DNA of 64,000 bases, taken from the NCBI RefSeq assembly GCF_018977255.1, contig NW_024704742.1, positions 132,000,001 through 132,064,000 of the forward strand, given 5' to 3'. Shown here piece after piece: positions 12,678 through 25,741 of the stretch (positions within the stretch are counted from its first letter, which is position 1; each line of letters begins with the position of its first letter). The notes beneath the pieces were generated by a model. That model worked only from the letters and a program-made list of their open reading frames with translations. It was not told the DNA's origin and did not search any database. Both the position numbers and the translations under genes were made by a program. The DNA comes from Callorhinchus milii. Its lineage: Eukaryota.

Positions 12678-13085
12678 GTGTCAGCCGATCAGTTGGTAGC
12701 ACTTTCGCCTCCGAGTAAGAAGGTTGTGGACTTTTTTGCTCATAGTCTAAGGTGCTGCTCTGGTGCTGAAGGTGTGCCGTATTGATGGGAGTTGCCAACC
12801 TTCAGTTGAGACGTTAAATCGAGGCTCCTGTGCCTGTTAAGGTGAACGTTTAAGAACCTGTGGCACTGCTCGAAAAGAGAAAGGAGTTTCTCCCAGTGTC
12901 TTGGTCAACAATCCCCCAAATAAAATTGGACGTTCGCTTCAAGGCTGTTTGTGTGGACATTACTGTGTGCAAATTGGCTTCTGTGTTCATCTATAAATTA
13001 TATAGTTACAGTGATTCTTGAGAAGCGCTTCAAGACATATCGATGATGTGATGAGGCACTCCATCAAATGCAAGGATGATTATTT
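12678..13085 (+). mobile_element. SINE-B
   Basis: Full-length collinear copy. Confidence 0.85.
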
Positions 13086-13094
13086 AATAAGGAA

Positions 13095-13352
13095 CAGATG
13101 GTGTTGAAAGTGAAATTAGGAGGCAGTTTTTCATCCAAAGAGTAGTGGAAATCTGGAACTCTCTCCCCCAATGCTGGATCCATTCACATCTTCAAGACTA
13201 AGATGGATAGATATTTGTTAGGTCAGGGTATCAAGGGATATGGGGCTAGAGCAGATAATTGGAGTTGAGGAGCAGATCAGCCATGATCTTATAGAATGGC
13301 GGAACAGGCTCAAGGGGCTGAATGGCCTACTCCTGTTTCTATGTTTCCATGT
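13095..13352 (+). mobile_element. CR1 3' end
   Basis: TTTTTCATCCAAAGAGTAGTGGAAATCTGGAAC...GGGCTGAATGGCCTACTCCTG; TTCTATGTT tail. Confidence 0.85.
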
Positions 13353-14469
13353 TGAGAAATCCCATAAATTCTACCCCATCAGAAAATAAAAAGGAAAGAA
13401 AATAGTTACTTTTATTATTTAACGAAGAATGAGAAAATGTAGATAAATTGAGATCTAAGACTACAGATAATGTATAGATGGCTATATCTACTCCCTGTAC
13501 CCTGACACCATACCCTGCCTTTTTCTTCAGTAGCTGAAGGCTACCTCAAGGGAAGGAATACGCTGACAGTATTCATTTGCGTCACTCAGCTAACAGAACA
13601 CGACCGACATAGACACACATAGACCCTACAGGAAAGCGTGACGCAGATTGATCTGCTCCCCCAGCAAAAAAAAATGGGAGCGGGGGAAAGATTGAAATTG
13701 ATCATTGACCAAGGTTTCCTGGTACCCATGGGTGTAGAATTTGGAGGCAATTTACATCCGATCGTATACGCTTATTCCAAAAGCCAAAGCATTCGAAAGG
13801 TTAGTCTTGCATTATTGTATGGAAATACTCTTATGCAGCCCACAGGGTTAATCATCCCAATCTATCTCTATGACACATACGTTCTATATTGCAGACTGTA
13901 GTTAACTTCTTGCTTGGCTAAGAATTGCTGAATGTATGAATAAGGCAGCAAACACAGTTTGAACTGCGCTATATAATACATCACTTTAATGATTTAGTTA
14001 TGCAAATGCAGTAATTAGTGCTTATATTTTCTCTAAACAGTTGATTAAAATGCTGGAGCGGCAATTTTTTTAGCCTTTAGCTACTAATTTAACAAGATTA
14101 TCTGTGTTCATTTTATTGACAGAAATTCACTGTTATAGGAATGCTGTGTTATTCTCCCCCCTCTTTCACAAGACAGTCTTTAACATAATTCTCTACATGG
14201 TTTCTCAGATCATAAAGGTCATAAAAGGAAATATCACTGGCTCCTGATACACAGATTCTCAACCACTTCTTTATCATTACCAAGGTTCCATTACTTCAAT
14301 CCACAACTGTTTGTGGGACATTGCTGCAGACAATTGGCTACTGTGTTTCGCCAACAAAATAAACAGTGAATTCACTTTCTGTGAAGCGCTTTGAGACGTC
14401 TCAACAATATGATAAGGCGCTATATCAATTGCAAGGATTATTATTATTATAATCTTAATCCACAACCCA

Positions 14470-15090
14470 TCTTGGTTGGACTCATGCCCTACACAAGCTG
14501 CAGACCATCCAGGTCTCTGCAGCCCGTGTCCTCTCCCTCACCAGGCCTCGAAAGTCCATCCCCCATTCTCGCTCAACTCCCCCAACTACCCAGCACCCCC
14601 CCCCCCATACAGGAGATTAAATTTAAGATCCTCACCTCCATGTTCAAATTCCTCCATGGCCTCATCACACCCTATATGTGCGACTTCCTGTGACTCTGCA
14701 ACCCCTGTCACTCACTCCAATCAACAAGCATCAGCCAGCTTCATATCCACTTACCCTTTCCATCGTATCATCAATAGATAAACCTTCAGTCACTCTGTGC
14801 CCAAACTCTGGAACTCCATCCCTGGGTCCATCCACGTCAACCCCACCCTCTCGGCCTTTCAGTTCTTGGGATTTCCAATGTGGAAGGCACTATATAAATG
14901 TAAATTCGTAGTTCTTGTTCAAAATCACCTAAAGACCTATCTCCCTCAACTGTGCTTTCGGTCACCTTTCCCTTCCTTTCCTCAGTTAATCCCCCCCCTA
15001 CCCAAAATCTAGGGCACCCGGTCAGTGTGTGAAGCATTTTCAGACATCTTCCTGACATGAAAGGTGCTGTACAAATGTAAATTGTTGCTA
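14470..15090 (+). mobile_element. Degenerate L2 3' fragment with a second short L2 tail nested at ~14860-14915
   Basis: IKFKILTSMFKFLHGL and PKLWNSIP motifs; two GGCACTATATAAATGTAA-type termini. Confidence 0.75.
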
Positions 15091-15466
15091 ATTTTGTAAC
15101 ATCATCCCACAGTGGACAAGAAGACAGCTGAAGGTTAGATCTTTGAGGCTCTCTGAGTGCACAGTGTTAAGTGGCCTCTTCAAGAGGGTCAATGAATGAG
15201 AGATCAGCAGAGAATTCAAATAATCCAGCGACCTTCCTAATGCTGAAGCAGGTGGCCCGGAATTCCAGCTAGTCTTAGCCTGTGAGGCCATTTTGTCTTA
15301 TAGTTTAAGATCGCTCAGAACTGTGGAAAATTCTTACATTCAGAAGCATTTTGTTTGCTCCTTGACTCTTAAAATGAAATGGCTTCCAAATTCAGACTGA
15401 ATCTAGGAAATACAATACAATTTACATTTATGTAGCACTTGACAGTGCTGGATGGGGACCTGAGCT

Positions 15467-15885
15467 AGGAACATAGAAACAGGAGTAAGCCATTCAGCCC
15501 CTCGAGCTTGTTCCACCATTCTATATGATCATGGCTGATCTGTACCTCAACTTGAATTACCCCTAGCCCCGTATCCCTTGATTTGGGGCAAGTCAAATAA
15601 TAATTTGGTCACTCCATCCATGACTGTTTCTGTTTTGCCCACAAAATATATAGTCAATTCACTTTACAGTATATTCTGTGAAGCACTTTGAGATGTCTTA
15701 AAGACGTGATAAGGCGCTATATCAAATGCAAGGATTATTATTATCCCCTTACCTATCAAATATCTATCCACATCAGACTTGAAAATTTGAATGGATCTAG
15801 CATCCACAGCCCTTTGGGGGAGAGAGTTCTAGATTTCCACTCCTTTTTGGGTGGAAAAATGCTTCCTGATTTCACTCCTAATTAG
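15467..15885 (-). mobile_element. CR1 3' end interrupted by a SINE 3' half (~15584-15743)
   Basis: GAACATAGAAACAGGAGTAAGCCATTCAGCCC start; CR1 sequence resumes at ~15744. Confidence 0.8.
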
Positions 15886-17180
15886 CTTAGCTCCTAGGAG
15901 TGGAGGCCAAGGTGGGAGTGGGGGAGGGAATTGTCCAATTTCTATGGTTTACGTACAATTTTTAACCCCCTCTAATTCAATTGTTTCCCTTTCTCTCTTG
16001 AAGGGGTTGACTCAGGCTGCAGTACAGTTCCACACATATTTTCTGATGCTTGACCAAAGTTTCCTTACTTCGGGGAGAAATTCCATCTGCATCCAGATTT
16101 TACCACCTTGTGTTAGCATTTCAAAGTGTTCGGAATTGGGCAAATAGTTAGCCTATTAGCTATAGTTTTTAAAAGTTGGCAAATTAGTTGGCAGCATTCT
16201 TTCACTTATTTTTGGTTGGCCAATAATCATAAAAATGACAAGGTAACAGAATTATGCGTAACTCATGACGTATCCAATCAAGAACATTTATTTTGTTGGC
16301 TAACCAAAGAGTTTAGCCACAACTGGGCTAGGCTGAGATTCCAATACATTGCGAAAAGAGCACTGGTTTGTCAGAGTTGTTAAACCAAGGTCCCTGTTCA
16401 GGTGGATGTTAAAGACCCTTTGCATTATTCAATAAAAGAAAGGTGTCCTGGCCTACAATCGGATAACCAAAATTAGTTACTCACTTCATGGCTGTTTGTG
16501 GGACATTACTGTGCACAAATTGGCTGCTGCATTCACCTCCAAATACACATTCATTACACTTTACAGAAACTTTGTGAAGTAGTCTCGAGACTTTAAAGGC
16601 AAAATATGAAATGGAAGTACTATTATTATCTTGAAAAATAGTGACATGTGAGTTAACAATAGATTTGTGTTGCGAGCATTTCTTTCATAATCATGACTAT
16701 TAAACTTAAGTTGCCCTTTTAATTTCCCCCCCAAAATTCACAAATCTATTCATTTGCATCAGATGATTCCCCCAGGCTTTGATACCCTCTAATATCATTA
16801 TATTACATGGGAAGCAGCATGCTTGAAAAAGTAATTAATACCCTTTTAGTGTCATCTAAAGCCGGGTAATTTATTCTTATTTGTTATATAATGTAAAACA
16901 ATTTATTTTAATTATGAAAGAGCTTCTTTCCTGAGGCCGCTTTCTAAGTTATTACCCTTGACCCGGATTCCTAGGTGACTCTTACTGCTGTACAAAAAGG
17001 TGAGGAGACTGACTGTGTGTTGAATATACCTACAATCCAAGGTGTCGGCCTGGCTCAGTCATTAGTACTCTACCCTCTGAATCAGAAGGCCAGAGGTTCA
17101 AACTCCACATCAGGACTGAATTCACAGTCTAGGCTGATACTGCAATGCTGTTTTGGGGTCACTGCAATGATGGAGGTGCC

Positions 17181-17571
17181 ATAAGAACATAAGAAATAGG
17201 AGCAGGAGAAGGCCATTCAGCCCCTCGAGCCTGCCCTGCCATTCGATAAGATCATGGCTGATCTTCACACCTAACTCCAATTACCTGCCCTATCCCCATA
17301 TCTCCTAATCTCTCTATTTTTTAAAAATCTATCAATCTCAGCCTTGAAGATGTTCAAAGTCTGAGCATCTACAGCCTTCTGGGGAAGTGAATTCCAGAAA
17401 TTCACTACCCTCTGATTGAAGAAATGTTTCCCCAACTCTGTTCTAAAGGCTGACCCTTAATTTTAAGACTCTGACCCCTGGTTATAGATTCTCCTACCAG
17501 GGGAAACAGACCCTCAGTGTCTACTTTATCCAGCCCTTTAAGAATCTTATATGTTTCAATAAGATCTCCCC
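17181..17571 (-). mobile_element. CR1 3' fragment abutting a SINE-B 5' part
   Basis: ATAAGAACATAAGAAATAGGAGCAGGAGAAGGCCATTCAGCCC tail; 5'-truncated within the GDLIETYKIL motif. Confidence 0.88.
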
Positions 17572-17759
17572 TAATATCTCCATTGAATGGCGATATTACA
17601 TCAATTTAACCGCCATTCAATGGGGATATTAAATTGATGTAAAGATTGAGGCATATAAGATCTGTGCAAACATTCCTCCTTTATGGATCCGAGCTTCTGG
17701 GTAGTGCAGCGGAGTTGTTTCTTCCGGATGTTTTGCAAAGTCCAGAATCGATCAGAGCA

Positions 17760-18002
17760 GTTGATTTGTTGCAAACACAGGAAACGGCTGCAGTTGTGGA
17801 TTGAGTGACCAAACTATTATTTTTTTAAGGGATTATTATCCCCCAAAAAGCGATCCGCCAACCGACTAACAATTGGGCTCTTATTTACTGCCAGGTAAAC
17901 AGTGGCGTCCGGAGTAACAAAACTTACCTAAGGTTTATCTCTGCCCGGGAATCGAACCCGGTCCACTCGCTTGCAAGGCAAGTGCTCTAACTACAGGATT
18001 TT
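17760..18002 (-). mobile_element. SINE-A (5' two-thirds)
   Basis: GGAATCGAACCCGG B-box complement; body matches the other copies. Confidence 0.8.
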
Positions 18003-18504
18003 CCAATGAACCTCACATTGGATTTCATCACTCTGCCCACAATATCTTGACACTGATTCAGCTGAAATACGGAGCTCACCAGGGTGGGGAATTGAAACCT
18101 ATGAACCCATGTCCTACCATGCTGTGGTGGTGCTACATTCCGTGCCCTTGTTAATGAACAGTCATTTTGCTGACTGAATTAAGCACATTAAACACAACCT
18201 GGCACAGATAGAATAATAAACTGATTAATAATGCATTGAAGTTATTTTCAACACAATGACCTGCTGTAACAATCTATGAAAATAAAATATTAATTTGCAC
18301 GTGATAAATATTTGATGAAAAATAGATTTCCTGTCTTTTTTTCTCCATTTGTTTTTGTTTTCTTTTCATAATTAGAACGCTGGAATTTAGAAGTTTTAAA
18401 AAATGGGTTATTCGAAATACAGCAATCAGCTTAAATTAATAGAAACAAAAACATGCATTGCTACATTGCTTGATTGTCATTCAACATTATTCATTGATAC
18501 CCAG

Positions 18505-18895
18505 ATGTCACCCTGGCTCAGCTGGTGGCATCCTAGCCTCCGAGTCAGAAGGTTGTGGGTTCAGCCCCATGTGGGAACTTTGAGCTCAGTCTATGCTGAC
18601 ACTCAATATTGCACTGCATTGTTAGAGGTGCTGCCCTTCCAATGACATGTTAAACCGAGGTCCCATCTGCCTGTTCAGGTGGACTTCAAAGACCCTGTGA
18701 CACTATTTGAAAACAGAAAGAAGTTTCCCCTGGTGTCATGGCCAACAATCCCCCTGAATATAATTGATCATGGCTGCTTGTGGGACATTGCTGTGTGCTG
18801 TTTATCACTGGCATTACCCTACAAAATGCAATCACTACACCTTACCCGGTGAAGTGACTTCCTCCTGGTGTGCATTGTCAAATCGAAGGATTATT
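18505..18895 (+). mobile_element. SINE-B
   Basis: Full-length collinear copy. Confidence 0.85.
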
Positions 18896-20245
18896 CCCTT
18901 TATAAGCGGTGATCATTTCATTTTAAAGCTAAGTCCGATGTACTTTTAAATAAAATTATGATTCATATGTATGTTTCTGTAGAAATTACAGCAGGTTAAA
19001 ATGTCACCTCTCCCAGGCTTCCACTGGGAGATCAGCTGTCACTCATGTATGTTGCTAAATTTGTCTAAGTAAGTGGTTCAGACACATGGTCAAAGCAAAG
19101 AATTCTGGCCATGAAAACCCATCCTGCCATCCTCTGTCCCTGCCTTCAAGTCCCTACTAAAATGCTACCTCTGGCCATGCCTTCAGTCATCTTTCCCATA
19201 CCCCGCCCACCTTTCTTCCCACCTTGTTGAGCATTGCACACTGTCCCTGTAAAGCACTTCAAGACATTCTCCTATGTGGAAGATGCTACATAAAGTGCTA
19301 TTGCTGTTAATTAGAATTGGAGCTGCATTAAAGGAAGTCTAGTGCCAAGAAACTAAGCCACTGAGAAATGGGTAGAAGTTATCCAAACCCACAGAATGGA
19401 AAACTTTAAATCCATTATCCCAGTGTACTGTTTAACTTAGATCCCAATGGGGGAAGTCCAGTGTTTAATGCAATGCTTGCATCAACCCAAGTCAGCTCAG
19501 TATGCATTTTACTTTTCATTTCGATCAAATGTGAACAACCACAAACATCCTGGCCATTATGCAAAACAACAACTTCTATTTAGAAAGTACCTTTTGCGCA
19601 GGTTAGAGTCTTGGGGCGTTGTAGGGTTGGATAGTGAGCAAGGGAGAAGGAAGGGGCCTTCTTGTGTGCATATTTCCTGCCTAGTTTGCCTACAAATACA
19701 CACAATCAAAACACTTCACTGCAATTACCCTTGAAGCGATTTGAGACGTCGACTGGATAGATGCTGCACTAAATACAGAGGATTCTGATTGTATTACTAA
19801 ATGCAAAAATGACTGATTAAATCCCCTCAGTCCCTTTAATTGCATAAACCATGACCAGATCTATCATTAATATCACCAGATGATTATTTCAGTTCCAATG
19901 ACAGGCACTCTCTGAATGTCTTACACAATTTTTCTGGGTAATACAGTCTGTGAGGGATTTGGCCAAATGGAGGCATGAAACTGAGCTTCTGAGAGGTTAA
20001 GAAAATCCTTGTAAACCTGATGCTGAACAAGGAAAATGAGCCCAGAGCTTTACACTGTTGGACATATGCAATTTCAAGCACCATTTAATTAAATAACTCT
20101 TGAAGTAATTGCATACATGTGTGCATATTTGGTCACACCAAATTAAATCTCCATTACTCCAGCAAAAACAAAAAATGGATCAAGTTCTGAGATATTGGCA
20201 TTTGTTTTTATTCACTGAGCACACCAGGAAACACAGAGAAGATCA

Positions 20246-20297
20246 GTTATTGAAAGCAAGTGTACCCTAAATGGTGGGTACACTTGCTTTCAATAAC
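20246..20297. repeat. Perfect 22-bp inverted repeat with 8-nt loop
   Basis: GTTATTGAAAGCAAGTGTACCC-TAAATGGT-GGGTACACTTGCTTTCAATAAC (exact coordinates). Confidence 0.95.
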
Positions 20298-20356
20298 ATT
20301 CTTAGATGGGTAACGCTCTCAAAGACATTGAGAAACAGCACAATCAAGGTTAAACA

Positions 20357-20710
20357 GATCACAAGATTGATTTGGATAAAGAAGACTCTTCGGTCCATCC
20401 AATCTCATCCCTCCAGAACACCCAACCTACCATCGGCCGATCACAGCATCAAGCTGTTTTTTAAATGAGTTCCCATAACTTTACCTCAACCACCCTTTCC
20501 TGGCAATCTGTTCCCATCATTAATTATCTTCTGCATAAAGAAAAACTTCTCGATGTCTCTCCTGAAATTGCCCTTTATAACTTTAAACCCACATCCTCTT
20601 CTACTGTCTTGTTGCATCCTAATTCATTAATCTGAGTTTACTTTTTCAATCCCATTTAAAACTTTATTCACCTCTATGAAATTCCTACTGATATGTCTTC
20701 TCTAAGTTGC
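20357..20710 (-). mobile_element. CR1 3' end (second subfamily)
   Basis: ATCACAAGATT...TTCGGTCCATCCAATCTCATCC tail, shared with 21808, 27283 and 58745. Confidence 0.7.
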
Positions 20711-21807
20711 AGATATATGCCGCTAAGGTGGTATGGTGTTTTATCACATCATCAAGATTGTCTCAAAGCGCTTCACAGGAGGGTGATTTTATGGGGAAAA
20801 TTCCTTTCAACTGTGTAACTATAGCATGAAATACTATTAGTGGTCACCATTGCCAGTTCAAGGCAATGCATCTGATGCTGAACGGAATTGTATCAAATTG
20901 GTAGCAACCCCCTAAGTAAATTAATTATTCACTTAATGGTTATTTGTGGGACATTACTGGGGGCAAACTGGCTGCTGCATTTCCCTACAAGTGCACAGTC
21001 ACTTCACTTTACTGCAATTAACTGTGAACCACTTCAAGACATTTGGGAGTCATAGATGCTGTGTCAAATATAAGGATTATTATTGTAGAAGTGGATATAC
21101 ATCTGGTTCTCTGAAAATACCCTGCCAGCCAGAGAAGTGGAGGAACATTCCATGATTGGGATTACTGAAAACAATTTTAGAATTATTCTGAAATTTACAG
21201 TGATTCATAATCATCACAAGGAATGCATTATGAAAGGCTGCACATTTCAGCCCATTGTTCTTAAAAAAAAGACAAATGAGATTTTGGCATTTATTTGGCA
21301 GGAGAATTGAATACTAAACCAAGGAAACAATGTTAAATTTATACCAGGCACTGTTTATACTGCAGCTTGGAATACTGCTCAGTTCTGGGAACTCTATAAT
21401 AAAAAGGATATGTCAATGTTCTCACAACCAGCCACGGAGTGAGTGACCAATTTTTTGGGGGGTGATTGTTGACCAGGACACTATGTGCAGAGAAGAGAAT
21501 GGTTATCAAGTCAAAACAGCTCCTAACCGATCATCTGTGTTTGCCCATATTCAAAGAATGGCAAAGTGCTTTTGATTTTCCTTTGTATAACTGGGCCAAA
21601 CCCACCAACACAGAATCAATAAACTTCTATAAACAAGAGCTATATGTCTTTACGTGTTTAATTAAGATTAATTAGAGAAGTCCAAAGGATATTAAACAAC
21701 AAGGATATGTCTTATTTTTCTTATTCTATCTTATTCTCGTCCTCTCCTGAATGCTGGATTCAGATCTCAGGTGGCAGTGTACAAAAGTTTACCAGAGATT
21801 GATGAGG

Positions 21808-22375
21808 ATCACAACATCACAAGATTGTTTCAGATGAAGAAAGCCCTTCGGCCAATCTGAGCTCATCTTTTCAAAATATCCAGCAGAATAACTTTGTTCT
21901 ATCAAAGCATCAAGCTACTTTTTAAATGAGTCCAATGTCCTGGCCTCAACCACGCCTCTTGGCAATCTATTCCAGTCATTATTTATCCTCAAGGTAAAGA
22001 AAAACTTCTTGGTGTCTCTCCTGAAATTGCCTTTTACAAATCTAAATTGACCTTTTTCTCCTCTCTCGGTGCATCCTAAAGAATAGTTTTGAGTTTACTT
22101 TTTCAAGCCCATTTACAACAACAACTTGCATTTAAATTGCGGCCTTCATGCGGGGCAACGTCTCGGTGGGGCTAACAGTGGCTGAGGCTGAGCCGAGGGG
22201 AGGGAGGAGGTGACTGTAAGTATAATCAAAGAGGAAGGTCTTCAGTCATGATCTAAAAGAGGGGAAGGAGTGGGCAAAGCGGAGGAATTCAGGGAGAGAG
22301 TTCCAAAGCATTTAAAATGTTATACATCTCTATGAGATTCCCTTTGAGACGCGTTCTCTCAAGACTGAAGACACT
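21808..22375 (-). mobile_element. CR1 3' end (second subfamily) with nested L2 tail
   Basis: Aligns by eye with 20357-20710. Confidence 0.72.
22116..22308 (-). mobile_element. L2 3' end nested in a CR1 fragment
   Basis: (CAA)n-CTTGCATTT start and GAGAGTTCCA (WNS) end; CR1 sequence on both sides. Confidence 0.75.
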
Positions 22376-23834
22376 TGGCTTGTCTTATCATGATGAACTA
22401 CGCATTTGATATCATGCTTTTCATATTGGGAAGACGTCTAAGAGCTCTTCACAGGATAAAATGTGAAGTACAGTGACTGTATTTTGGAGGTGAATGCAAC
22501 AGCCAATTTTGCTCACAACAATGTCCCACAAATAGCCATGAAGTCAATATCTAATTTTTTTTCAGGGAGGGATTTATTGGCCAGGGCACCAGAAGAAACT
22601 CCCTTCTCGTTTTGAATACCACCATGGGATTTTTTAACATACACCTGAATAGGCAGATGGTCCTACAGTTTAACGTCTCATCCAAAAGACAGCATCCCCG
22701 CAATGCATCGCTTCTCTCCTCTTATTGCGTTATTCTCCAGGAATTAAATCTTATGTCTTCTCTTTCCTTCAAGTCAAACAGTTTCTACACCTCGGGCAAG
22801 TGATCTTGAAAATCTTTGGGGAAAATAGATTGTAAAGATCAAGTGCTTTGGCAAACAGGATCTTGTGAAATCCCAATAATCTCATAATATTCTAGAAACT
22901 AATCTTGGTGATCCCATGTTTTATCACATAATAGTACATTTCTCTATTCCTCAAGAAGTTATTATTTTTCCTCCCCAAGGGTAACTGTTATTTCTAGACC
23001 TGTTGCTAACTCCGAAAAAGAGTTACACAAATATAAATATAAATGTTTCTCTTTACCTAGCAGTAAGTAGGAACCTGGTTGTTAGTTGATTGGTGGAACT
23101 CTTTCCAGCGGTATAAAAAATACAATAAGAATAATTTGGTAACTCAATCTATCACTGTGGGACACTGGTGTGTCACACTTTGCAGTATATTCTGTGAAGT
23201 GCTTTGAGATGTCTCAATGCCATGATAAGGCACTATGTCAAATGCAAGGATTATTATTATACGTATTAAAAGCACAGAGGACATCAGACTTTTTAGTTTT
23301 TGGCTTTAACGTGTTTAACCAAGGTTTGACGTTACGGACTGTGTTATATGGGACAGAAGGTGATGGAGTGCCACACGATGGAAGAACACGAGTCTGTGGC
23401 TCACGAATCTTTGGACGGCAAGTCCTTAATCTTAGTCAAGGCCATCAAAGGACTTCTCAACAGGAGAGAGAAGAGAAAAAAAAATGAAAGGGTAAGATAA
23501 TCTATACCTCTCTTGGGCAGCTCATGACATCTAATTCAGGAGCAGTGAAGGTAAAACCTGGTGAGTGAGTTCAGTTGGGGAAATTTATACGAAGGAATTT
23601 AACCAAATATTAATATTCATAAACATGAAGCGAGTGAACCTATTGCACTCGACTCATTTCAATGAACTTTGAGGCATTTCTTTCCTGTTTAACCTTTACA
23701 CTGCCAGGACCACAAAGCCTTCCTATCTCTGTGGGCAACCCAGTTCTGGTCATTTTCAATACTGTGACACTGAAAATATACTACTAATAATAATAATCCT
23801 TATATTTGGTATAGCAAGTGTCGGGAGGATGTCT

Positions 23835-24165
23835 CACCTCTGAATTGAAGGTTGTGGGTTCAAGCCCCACATCAGGACTTGGAACTCTTGTAGTCTAAGC
23901 TGAAGCTCCAATGTGGTGCTGGGGAATGAACTGCATTGTTGGAGGTGCTAACTTTCGAATAAATGCTTAAACGAAGACCCCAATCTGTCTGTTCAGGCGG
24001 AATTTAAAGATAGATTGTAGCTATTCAAAAAAAGAGGGGCATTTGTCCCGGTGTCCTGGCCAACAATCCCCCGGATAAAATTCACACAATCCACTCTTTC
24101 ACTCCACTATCTTGTGAAGCGCTTCAAGACGTCCTCCCGACATGAAAAGTGGCTATATCAATGTA
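23835..24165 (+). mobile_element. SINE-B (internal deletion)
   Basis: GAAGGTTGTGGGTTCAAGCCCCAC B-box region and core. Confidence 0.78.
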
Positions 24166-24329
24166 AGCCTACCTCTGTGACCTCCTAAATCTTTCTGACC
24201 CTGCCGTTCCATCCGCTCTTACCTCTTTGACCTCACCTTTGGTAATCAGTCAGGGCCCATATCTGTGTCCGCATGAAGAAACCCCATTGCAAAAAAAAAG
24301 ACTCCAACACCTAAGAGATCAATGAACAA

Positions 24330-24515
24330 AAAGGCTGCATCTTTCAAACACAGATTAGATAGTTTTCTTTTATGAAGTAACATTATGGGATATAGTACAT
24401 AGGTAGTTCGGGACATATATTTGGAATAGCAAGTGTCGGGAGGGCGACCGCAGGAAGGTGGAAGGCGACTAGATGGACCTTGGTCTTTTTTTGTCTAGCG
24501 TTTCTTATGTTCTTA
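24330..24515 (+). mobile_element. CR1 3' tail
   Basis: CTTTCAAACACAGATTAGAT...GACTAGATGGACCTTGGTC...TTCTTATGTTCTTAT. Confidence 0.65.
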
Positions 24516-25385
24516 TAGATACAACCTGATGACTTTCTGGCAGAATGCCTGCATCTGAAATAGGTAAGGGCTGATTCTCAGAACAGCAGAGTCCAGAGGA
24601 ATGCAGCTGTCCACGGTTCTCCAAGAGTTAACACATTCAGGGATCTTGCTCGTTTCCTGAGCTGTTAGGAGCATGGAAATGAGAGGCGAAGAAAGAGATG
24701 GAGCCAAGGATGAATGATGCAGGATGCAAGGTGAGAAATAATCTGGAGTTTTGCTTGATTTAACTTTGAGTGCACTGGGAGAAAAACTTTGCAGGCCATT
24801 TCCTCGCATGACCTTTCCCTTTTTCCATCCTTCCTCGTGCTTTTTTCATTCTCTGATCAATAACAAACCATGACCTACATTATTCTGGAATGTCGAGTTG
24901 GTTGTCTCTCACCTCTATTGAAAAAATAACCTATTTTCCATTAAAATAATAATCCTTGTATTTGAGATACAATCTTATTGTGTCATCTAAACATCTCAAA
25001 AATGCTTCACAGGGTTTGCTTTTTGCTAAGCCCATGTCTGAGACTCAATCCTGGGTGGAGGGTGCTATATCAATGCAAGTTGTTGCTGTTGACTGTAAAG
25101 TATAGTGACTTTTTTGTACGCGAACTTGGCAGCCAATTTGCACACAGCAATATACCATTAACAGCCATAAAGAGAATGTCCAATTTTATCTGGGGGTGGT
25201 TGTTGACCAGGATGACAGCCAAAAGCTTAGACTAGGAACTGAAAATAATATCTCGGGTTACAATATATAACTTGGAACACAACATGTCAAGCAACTGTCA
25301 GGATGGTGGAAGGCAAACTGGATGGAACTTGTTCTTCTTTCCCCTAGCAAATTCTTATATTCTTATGAGCTCAATTTCTTAACTT

Positions 25386-25741
25386 AATAACAATAATATT
25401 ACTTGCATTTGACATAGCACTTTTCTACACATCTTAAAGAGCTTCACAGAATATACTGTAAAGTGAATTGACGTATATTTGTGGGCAAAATGTGGCAGCC
25501 AATTGAGCACAGCAGTGTCCCACAAACAGTCGTGGATTGAGTGACCAAATTTATTTATTTATTGAGGGATTATTATCCCTGGAAAAGTGATCTGCCAATT
25601 GACTAACAGATTCCTACTTACTGTTAGGTAAACAGAGGTGTGTGGAGTAAGGAAACTTGCCCAACATTTCGCCCTGCCGGGAATAGAACCCAGGTCTCTC
25701 GCTTTGAGGCGAGTGCTCTAACAACTGAGCTACAGGACTCC
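25386..25741 (-). mobile_element. SINE-A, full length
   Basis: Head, body and tail all present; short tandem duplication of the head end at 25724-25760. Confidence 0.9.
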
